Positions 1-10,700 of a stretch of 54,967 nt of DNA are shown here, one piece after another. The notes under the pieces were generated by a model that was not told the origin of the DNA, made no database searches, and saw only the letters and a program-made list of their open reading frames with translations. Origin of the DNA: Catajapyx aquilonaris. Lineage: Eukaryota. Location of the stretch: NCBI GenBank assembly GCA_000934665.2, contig JYFJ02002547.1, forward strand, positions 1 to 54,967. Direction: 5' to 3'. The stretch's first letter is position 1. Every line of letters begins with the position of its first letter. A program made the translations under genes and the position numbers.

Positions 1-504
1 CCCCCGTGGGGTAATGAAAAAAAAAAAAGCAACAAATTATCTAAAAATTGCTTTCCCCCATAATTTAGTCTAATTCATGGTATTCCCGAATGACCATTTG
101 TCACCGTAAAATAGAGCTGTTACTTTGCAACCATTATATTATTCTAAAATGAGTTTTTGGCACCACAGGATGCAGGACTCTGGCAGACAGTGCCCTGTAA
201 ATGCCTCATATTTCTTTGGCCAGTAATTCCCCTTCTACACGCTTGCAAAGATACCTCATACAATGCAGCAGCTTCAGCCAAAACTCTTGTTTTTCATCTC
301 CTCCATTAAACTGTCATCTATTTTGGGCAATACATTGCAACTCAAAAGTTTTAAACATCATTGCAGTTAGCAGATAAAGGATTAGCTGTAAAATGTGACA
401 TGATTTCTGAAACTCACTTTAGAAAAACTCTGTCCATAACAGGCAATTGAACCATAGTGAAACTGGGCATTTGCCAAGATGTCAGAATTTAGAATTTAGA
501 ACTA

Positions 505-762
505 CACTTGAGGGGTGTGGTGGAAAAAGGTGATAACCCACTAAAGTGTACTTTTTCAGGAGAGCGAATTTAAGTTTGCACTCTCTTCACAAATCATAGG
601 GAATGCAGATTTTGATCTAGTCCATGCTGCCCTCTCGTGCATGATATGTGAACTTGGAGTATACCAAACTATTTTGCATGTCTTTTACATAGTTGCTAAG
701 GGTTCAGGTCAAATATGACAAAATGAAGGGTTATCACCTTTTTCCACCACACCCCTCAAGTG
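505..762. mobile_element. MITE, Tc1/mariner-like (TA-flanked)
   Basis: Perfect 40-bp inverted repeat 500-539 / 728-767, including TA|CACTTGAGG...CCTCAAGTG|TA. Confidence 0.8.
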
Positions 763-851
763 TAGTTGGTTGAGATCAACGTTTCTGAGATGAATAGGCT
801 ACTGTATATCTATTTTCATACTCAATATAAATGAGAAAACATGAGACATAC

Positions 852-1741
852 CTTTCCTTGAGAGTAGAATCAGGCAGGCGCCGAAGCAAAGTCTCCTCTC
901 CTCCACCTGCAGTGTCTAAGTCTATAGCTTTGGGTTCTTCCACAGGTACTAGAAGTGTCTTGCCAAGATGCTGGTTGTATTGCAAACACCAGGCTTCAGC
1001 AGGAAAGCCAGTACAATACTGCCTCACTGAGCCTGGGCTCAGCCTCAACCACACCCCATCATCATTGTGCAATTCCTCCAGAAAGGCCACAGTCCCATCC
1101 TGATGCACCAACCCAACCTGCTCACCCTGAAGAGATGGATGTGCCCGAACACGTAACCCGGCAGAGTTCTTAGCTGAGAAACGACGCAGTTTGGGACCTG
1201 ACGTTGAGCATGGAGGGACCATCTGGTGTAAAGGTACAGGAGGTCGACCTGTGGGTGGTCCTGGGGCAGAGGCAGGGGCAGGTGACTGGCGTTGAGGGCG
1301 TACTGTAGGTACTACTTTTTGAACAGTTGCTGTTGTTGTTCTTGAAGGTGCCTCCTCCACCTCCATGCGATAAGTTTGGTCAAGTGTATATCCATCTACA
1401 GACACATGTATGGAATACCAGCCAACAGCACCAGGTGTCCATGTAGCACGATATGTCCCATCACCATTGGGACGCACCAGCAGTGTCTCTGAGGGCCTAC
1501 GTAGCCATGGAGAGCTAAAACGTAGCTCCTCAAATGAATAGCGCTCATACGCTTTCATCATGCTGATTGCATAGTATCGCATTTTGTCTTTTAGTGTTAC
1601 TTCATAGGGGGTGCTAAGAGATGGTGATGGGTGGCCCCCAAATGCAAGTGCATCAGGCTGGCTTGCCCGCCTTGCAGATATGTCACCTTCTCCAACTCCG
1701 CTGCCACATTTCTTCTCCACAGGGACAGCTCTCACTTCAAT
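852..1741 (-). CDS. MYCBP2: MYCBP2 coding exon 18
   Basis: IEVRAVPV...YSFEELRF...DGTYRATWTPGAVG...SAGLRVRAHPSLQ...NDDGVWLRL...EAWCLQYNQHLGK; donor AG|GTATG. Confidence 0.95.
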
Positions 1742-4700
1742 CTGGTGGTTGAACACAAAATTTTCTCACAATTAAGAATGTCTATGATATGCATACAATA
1801 AAAAAAATAACACTTTAATTCTTATTTTTAATTTTTAATTTTTATTTGTTACCCCGTGATAGGGCCACGGGCTCTTTCAGGGGGGTAGAACACCACCATA
1901 TTTTCCATTCAATTTTCTATGATTATTCTTCAGACACCATACAGGGATGAAAGGATATAGGGTACGGATGGGGATTTCTGGGGAAGAGAGACAGGTGCAG
2001 GTGCAATGTCTTAAATGTTGGGCCATGTGCAGTCTCCCAGGGATCTATGGCCTATCGGCCAGGTCAACCCTTAAAGTCCCTATCGAAGTCTCCCAGGACG
2101 TTAGGTTGCCAGACACCTCCAAAGCCGAGTCAGAGACCCTTCTGACTCAGGCGAAAGGGAACTCCCGGGTGGCGACGAACCCGGGACCTTTTACTCAGCA
2201 AGCCGAGGCATTACCATCTTGGCCACCACACCTCCCCCAAATAACACTTTAATAGTGTCCCATTAAGATATTTTGAACAATATTAAGTCATAGCAAGCTG
2301 TAGATGAGGTGTGATCCAAGTGTTGCTGAACTAATATTTTAGTACTTTCAAAAAAAGACTGCACCTACTAACTGCTGGATGCCATAACAGTCGTCACCTG
2401 CATTCCAACATACTTTCAATATTTTTCACTCTGTGCAGACATTCTTCAATACCACTTCCAGTGCCTCGACTAAATTGATTTGCACAGGCTTTACTTTGTT
2501 GAATCTTTCTCCCATTAGTGCCGAGTTTACTTTTAGGAAGAAACAGATATCATGATGTGCCAAATGCAATGAATATGACATTTTGGAAACCTGTGCCACA
2601 TCTTTTCTAAAAACCAGCTAGCTTCATTAATGGTCAATCACATGAGTCAACTAGCAGAACTTACCTGACAAATTATTATAAGTCACAAGCAAAACAACAG
2701 AGTAAGAACAAAAACAAACCCTCAGAGATGGGACATGCACCACATCCCCATACTGGTCCTTGGTGGTGACCTGCAGTGTGAAGGGCCACCCACATCTGAC
2801 AGGTTCCCTTGAAAAAGTGACCTCGCACCTTTGGGGATCGACAGCCGGGTCAGGCTGCAGCCAACGGGCAAGGCGTCCGCCACTAGTTCCCCCACTGCAG
2901 CTGATGAAGTCTCTCAGGAACAGCCTCTCATTCGAGTGCATGCTATGGAATAAAAGCATCATTTTTAGAGTGATTACCGCATAAATTAAGTAGAAAACAA
3001 ACCCACAATATTAAAATCATTAGAATATGAGGTATAACTTATCCATTTGTTAAATATACCTTGGTAAAAGCACATTGTAGCGTAATAGAGAAAAATATTT
3101 GTAATTTTTGTGTATACAAGATGCCACGTTCCATTCACTACCTTCAACTTCGACAAAAATATGATTGGGGAATACACATGGTAAGAAAAACAGTGTACAA
3201 TGGGTTAGCTGGATCTCACAGTATCTCATGAACAGGTAAGGTTGAAAAACATCACAGTTTGTAGCAGGTTAGTTTCTTAACAACACTTTCAAATTTTATA
3301 GAGCATTATTTCTCCATTCTGTCTGCTCAACATCTCCTCAACTTTGCATTCGTATCTGACGTCAATTGTAACATAACTGGCAAACCTCACAATACTCTAA
3401 ATCTTTATGGGTCTATCCACCTGTGTGTCTTAGAAGCATTTTCAAAAATAGCACTGTAATTAGCCCATATCTCCAATTTATACAGCTGGCCAAGGGACAA
3501 AGGCATAATTATACAATATCCCTATCAAAGTATGCATAAGTCTCAACTTTTCCATAACCATCATTTCTCATATCAACTATTCCTTTTGGAGTTATCTTCC
3601 AACACCATGATCTTATACAGGGTGTTCCAAGTATCCGGGTCACTTTTGGATAACCACTATCGTCTGATAGCAGTCATCCAAAAGTGACCCGGATACTTGG
3701 AACACCCTGTATATCAATTTAATCAGCACATTTTAGTACAAATACAATATAATTACACATGTAACTCAAATATATGATTTTATATTAATTTCAACATGAT
3801 TTTGAAATAATGTTTCTGAGTTTTGTATAGGTTATGCTTGCATTTCAACTACGATTCTGATTTTTAAATAACCATGATAATCCAACATGATTGTAAGCTG
3901 CCTTTCATGATCATCTGAAATCATGTCAAGTGAAACACAACAGTTTTTAGAAACATGGCTTCAACTCGTCATTTTCAAAAATATTTTGAAACTAATCTAT
4001 TTTGTATTTGAATTACATGTGCAAAATTCTACTAACATGTTGTTCAGATTAAATTGATATACAACATCGTGAGCTAGGCGGGTAATTTGGGAAGAAATAA
4101 ATGATGCAAGAAATTAATGAAAATTATGAATCTTATACGGTAGGCCTACACTTATTTTTGGGTATGCACTCACATGTAGACACCAAAGTTTCAATCCATA
4201 TACCAAGGGCTCAGCTACCTGATTTTCACATTAGGCATGGAGTGACACCAGGCTTAGGCACGACACCTGTCTCAAACCCATGGATTATGAAAATTCGTAT
4301 CTCAGTTTCTGATTGGGGCGAAAGAACTTTTCATATGTCATTGAAATATCATATAAGACAAGTATCGGTATTTAACGTTGTAAAGAATGGCACCAGGGGC
4401 GTATCTACCATAGGGGCAGGTGGGGCGACTGCCCCAGGGCCCCCGAGCAAAGGGGCCCCCGAATTTTCCGACGAGTTTTAGAAAATTTTGAGGAAACCCA
4501 CAAATCCACAATAGGCCTAACGTCTATAACTTATATTCTATATTCTATAAGACGTAAGAAACCGGGTTCGATCCAATCAATTCGGGGTCTTAGCTCGTAC
4601 TATCTCACGGTCAGACTCTCGCAGTCGCAGTGTCAGTAATCAGTATGGCACAAAAACAATGAAAATGAGAAATCATTACATTAATAGTTAGCCTATACGT

Positions 4701-7700
4701 AATCATTACGTATTACCAGTGGCGGATTTAGGGGGGGCAAAAAGGAACAAAAGAAAAAACGGGTGGAAAACTCGCAAAAACCCTCTAGAACAGTGCAATT
4801 TTGCGGTCGTGACTCCAAATTTGGGGTCGCGAGGAAGGGTTGTGACCTTGAACCGAAAAAAATTTTGCCTGCGGCGGGCCCTGATCGCCCCCCCCCCCNN
4901 CCCAGAAAAATTCCTGGATCCGCCACTGCTGCGTATTACTATGGAGGGGGCCCCGCGTACCTTTTTGCCCCAGGGCCCCCAAGAGTCTTGATACGCCAGT
5001 GAATGGCACACACATCTTTGCACCTTACGAGTCGTCCATAAAGTACGACATGCTGACCTTGGCTCCCCCTCCCCCTCCCCCTTCAGGAGTGGCCAACCTA
5101 GCTCCGGTTCAACATAACGTATACATAATTCGGTTTTCCAAGGTCCAATTACCACCATAATTACTTTCCTTCAAATAATTCGACTCGACTGGTTAAAATG
5201 AGCAATACCATGCTAATCTGGTTCCTTTCCGTGACGCCTATCATCATGGCATTCTTGATCACACCCAAATGTTGCAGTGCAGTCAAGAATGTCCTCAGTG
5301 GACTTTGAGCTCCAAACCAGGATTAAGAGTCCGACGTACACCATGTGCTGCATCTCTGACCGATCACACTATCAGATTCCAAGAATCAGTTTTTGAAGCC
5401 AAGCATACGTAGCTCTGCATTTAATATTTGTCAGCTTCAGATAGGCGAAGTTTCACCCCAGAATCACGCTACAGGCATTTCACTTGCGACTGACTGGGAG
5501 GATCCAGTACGTATAATGCCTGCTACAAATTGGGTAGAAAGTAGCTCTCAAGTCAGTGTATGGACCCCCAACAATCACTCTAATGTTAACGCAGGTTCCC
5601 ACCCATCCCTTAACCCTCCCACAAACAATTTGCAAGGGTTGTTGCGCGCAATTTTATTCTTCCTCGCAAATTGGAACAAAGTTGGCGACCTAGAAATTAC
5701 CCGCACGCTTCCATCTCCACCGTGAGAATAGAAACCTGCTCATCTCGACCCGAAGGACAGTCACCGCACCACACACTCGGACGCCCCCATCCTGTCAAAC
5801 GCAACCCGTCACGCGCATATGACCATCACCTTGGTATTCCACAGGATGAGTCGCCCCGGGCCAATCTTTCCCCCCAAAAAATCAGTTGCATCCATTCAAG
5901 CTGCACCTCCATCCCTCCATATGAATGAGTAATCAAATCCCCCCATCCAACCCCCGCTTCCTATTCTTGTCACGCCGTCCTTTTGGTGCACCTGGACGTT
6001 CTGTTCCGCTGCTAAAATGCCCATTTCCTCAGCCGGCACCCCCTTGATTCATTCAGCAAACGACCAATTCGCCTGACCCCAATTTGCGCGCTCTTCAACC
6101 ACGATGGCATGTAGTGCACCGGGGTAATATGTCCATAATGAGCTAATTGTGTGAATAAACGAAGAATGTGCCCGGTTGCAGCGCCTGCGTGCAGATGGCG
6201 GGTGAAGATGCGTAGGTTGGTAGGCCCGAGTGAAACCTTCCCCCGAAGAGAGTCCAAGAGGAGAGGGGGACCAGTTGAGCACGAGTAGTGGCCGGGATTG
6301 GTAGGGCGAAGAAGGCGGTCTGTGTGACACGAGTGACAACTAATAGAAGCATCTCTTGTGTGATGGTGGTGTCAAGCAGGCGCCCTTATAAGGGCAGCCG
6401 AGTGTGGCTGGGGGGAAGGTTCAGATGATGGCGTCCAGGCTTCTTCTGGTTCTGGTGCTGGTGGTGCATGTCGCCGCCCAGGCTCCCACCCCTCTGCCCC
6501 CTGACCCTCGACTAGCTGGTTCCTTATGCAGCTCCCCAGGATGCGCTTGCACCAGACAACCACAGCCGCCCGGAGGACTCCTCCTCTCCTGCACCTGTGC
6601 CCACACCCCGGATAAGGTAAGCACCTGCCATTGTCCATGCATTCCTCAACCTGATCCCTCCGCTTCTTCACGAGAATGGAATGTGGAGGTCCAGATGAGG
6701 ACAAGGGGGGGCCCCCAAAAAGAAATCTATCAAGCTAAGAGGAAGCAGATTGGGAGAGAAAGGATAGGACAAGAATCTGAGGAAGGGACGGATGAAGGCC
6801 ATCTGAGGACTCATTCGTCTATCTAACCGCAGATAAAAGATGTCTCCCCCCCCCCCCNCAACTGCCTCAGGCGACACCCATTCCCATGACTCTCAATTGT
6901 CAACAGGAAACGGCCGACTCAGATTGTCTCACTACCGCCGTCATTCCGTCAGGTTTCAATCTGAATCTGGCCAAGAATAACGTGGAGGTGTAACCGGCAA
7001 ATGGCGCGTCAACTTCGTGTCAACAACTTGGCGGTGATATTATGATCGTTGCGTCCTTCCTGTTCCAGTCTTTGTCACCGTTTTCTTCCATGTTGATAAA
7101 CATCTTTAGAGCAAAAAATAGCGGAGACCTGGCACAGAAATAAAAACGGGAGGGAAAAATAACGGGAAATGGGAAACAGAATACGTAGATAAATATATCT
7201 CGGGTGGCGCATATTAAGTGAGCACGTTTCGGAGGATGCAGACCGGAAAGCCTTGGGGAAGGCTCAGATTTTACAGGGCAATAAGGGCATGATATAAATA
7301 AAGCCATATTCTCCGAGACATTTAGTGCAAACCACCGTGAGAAATTGGCGCGGTTGGTCACCTGCGTTATCTGATGCTACGGTTTCAGGGTCGACGATTC
7401 CTTTTTTGTATTCCTTTTCTTTTACCTCCTACCTCCACCCCTCATTTCGCCAGCATGGTGGTTTGTAAAGTGTTCCCCTGCGAGGGTAATAGCGGGGTGC
7501 AGTGCCACGCCTTGACCCTGAAGGACTCATAGGAGCGCGCACGTCTCGACATGTCTGGACCATAGTGAGATAGTTGGCAGAGAAAGCAGTGCGCGAGGGC
7601 CAAGACTGGCGGGTTCTTCTTGCTTTGGGTTGTTGGCCAAGAGACATGCCCCTCCAACTATACAAAGACCGGTTCTCGCAATGACAAGGGGGGGTTCAAA

Positions 7701-10700
7701 AAAAAAAAAATCTAGCTAACTATCTCATTCTGTGTCCACCCTAGTCGTTAATGCGACGCTCATTGGACTATAGTGGACACGAAACACCTACGGACAGCAC
7801 TCCCTTGTAAACAAAATCGGCTTTTTCATGAACACGATCCCATTCCCTTATCTGTGGAAAATATACCCACGCATGACACGCATCTCTACTTGCTTCCTCT
7901 TCAATTACGAGCACCGCCCCNCCCCCCCCCTGCAAACGCCTGTCCATCTATAACCCATCAGCCGTGTATGGAAGCATCCATACGTGGTGCTTGGTGGTCA
8001 GCATGCACTCATGCCTTTTCCTCCTTTTCCTTTTGGCCATCATGCAAAACTCCGCACTGCCATGTATGGTTCCTTGGCCGCCATTCTCAAATCAGTGACA
8101 ACTCAAGGCAGGCCACCTCACCAGCCGCAGAAGGACGAATGTCATCCTAACCACTTTTTGTTGTTTACATCTTTTGTACCGCACATACCATATGCGCCCC
8201 ACTGGCCTGTCCCCCTTCCGCACTACTTGTTTCGCTAAGCATGTGCTTTCACCTGCACTTCCCCCATTGCCTTCCTTTTTTTGTGCTGAATTCAATCCAG
8301 ACATGAGCCAAACAGGCCCGCATGTGCTCAGCCGGGGATGCTCCAGAGGAGGAAGCCGCCACCAGCACTGTACACATCCGGTGTTGTCCACATTCATCCT
8401 GCCCGTTATCAAACAGTTGTTTCGCGATGGCCGCATCGAGTATACCATTTGGTACACTTCCAAGACGACTGTACGGTGTGAGAAAGTATATCATTCGTAC
8501 GTGTGGCCTACATAGCAATTGCGCCCTGGGGCACTGGAGAAAAATTTTGCGCACCTTGCCAAACTGGTCAAGACCTGTATACACCTTTAATGCGATAAGG
8601 GGCTTCTAGCACACATTTGTATGCCTAATAACAGCTTAACAAGTAGTTTTGACAGGCGCCTGCCGTCCTCCCACACTGTATTCGCGCCACAAGTTGAGCA
8701 AGTTGAGCGGAGGTTCCAGGAAAAAAGAGGTTCGCAGCATCTCTCAAGGGCGACGGCTGCAACCGATCTCGGGGAAAAAGTCGAGTCATTTGAGCAATCC
8801 GGGGTTGGCACGCATATGAATCAAGAAACGGACTAGAGTTAATGCGGAGGTCAGCACCTTTGCACTCACTGCTGACGTCACCCCCAAAAATCTGACAGGC
8901 CGGCCTGTTGACCTTTGTTCTTACGATTGTGGCAGACTCAATCCCTCCTGTTCCTTTTTCTTGGCACCAGTACGGAAACAAAGGTCGCGGGAGAAGGGGG
9001 GGTAGGGTTGTTGTTGTAATCATACAAAACAACTTGTTGAAATGTTTGGCAAAAGCCGCGATCGTGGAACAGAATGAATGGGAATGAATGGACGGCCACG
9101 TGGACCACTCGCATGTTTCAAAACGCAAACAACAGACCCGTTGTCTGTATATAGCTTTTTTTTTTTCTTCCCGCCCCATTTGGGCCCTGCATATCATCCG
9201 AGTCGGGTTCCATCCGACAACCGAGATCAATCAGCTAAAAAAGCAACGAGGTAAGCAGCATGTGAACAAAAAATCTGGCGACAAAAAGAGTTGTCAAAGA
9301 TGAGCCGCTCCGTCGGAGAGGCAAAATGGTCGCCAAGGGTTCTTGACCCAGAAGAAAGAGAGTAGCATCCTAACCACCCCCGACTAAAAATAGTGAGGGG
9401 CGGCATCCAGTGGCTATAAAAATGGGGTGAGGGCAGGAAATGGCACGAATTTCGCGCACCATAGTGTCGCCTACAGATTCCACCACAATTCTTTGTCATC
9501 GCCATCACACCATTAAATGACCGGGCCAAATATTTTGCTCGCTTGTCCCCCAACCATGGATCAATCTTGGGCCGGACTTTTCTCACCACAGCATTTATCA
9601 CTAGAGAGATACGTGGCAAATGGATTCGTTGAGGCGAAGTATGCGTTAGAGGTTGGGCCGGGTTCAATTAGAGGCATGCGAGAATAGAGAGATGGAAGAG
9701 GGCATCCACTATTTCAAAGTGGAGGAGGAGTAGGATGAATTAGGACGAGAGCCAGATGCGCCAGGAACTGGATTAGTGCTCTTCTTTTCTCCGGTTCTTC
9801 TTCTTTCTTTCTTTCTTTTTCTTTTTTATGTGGCTGCAAGATGAGCCCACCGCGACTGAGTCGGCGGCTCAACCCGACCACCCCGTATTTCTTTTTCTGA
9901 CACTTCCTGGAGGCCATTTTTTGCGCTTTTTTGCTGCTGCCCTCCCCGACTCAGATCCGCACAAAACAAACACGTGCGTGTCCTGCCGGTGACGTGTGAG
10001 ATTATTTTTATTTGCCATTTTTCCTGCAGGAGTTGCGACTGTTCCGAGAGGCCCCTGTACCGGAGGACATCTGGGAGGTATGGGTGGGCGATTGCGAACG
10101 AGTGGTGTTGGGTCAAGGGGCCTTCTGGCAGCGGGGCGGGTACCATCAGCGCCAGCACCAGCTGCGGTCATTGCAGCTGCAGGCGGTAGGCGAAGTGAAG
10201 GTGGAAGCCGATGCCTTTCTACAGCTGCCCAACCTTCGGAACGTCTCCTTCCGGGACTGCCAGCAGGTGCACCTGGCCAAGGGCGCCTTCCGCAATGTGC
10301 ATCAGGTGACTGACGGACCAAGGGTGCACTCATTACGTGTAATAACACCATGCTCTCTGCAGGAATGTCGACTGGAAGTGGACAACTGCGGGTGGTTGCA
10401 AGTCGAGGGCAACACCTTCGCCTGGATGAGGACCATCAGCATATACAGAGTGACCGATGTTCTGCTTCACCCTGGATCATTCGCCTTCCATGCCGAAACG
10501 GTAGGAAATGTGCGCACCTCTCTTCTACATTTCCACTATTAATGATGGCGTTGAGTCTGTCTTTCACGGCTTCCTTTGTTCCGGGTGACAAACAGATGTT
10601 CTTGTTACAGGTTGCGGGCCGAGAAGCAGTGGGTGAGGTGGAGATGGCAGAAAGCGGCCTGCAGGAGATCCCCAGCCATGCATTCCCGACCTCTTTGGCC

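Noticed and set aside
7000..9950. Many 70-200 aa ORFs in intron 1 of the nested gene
   Set aside because: Overlapping frames, no domain features or consistent splice structure; expected in GC-richer DNA.
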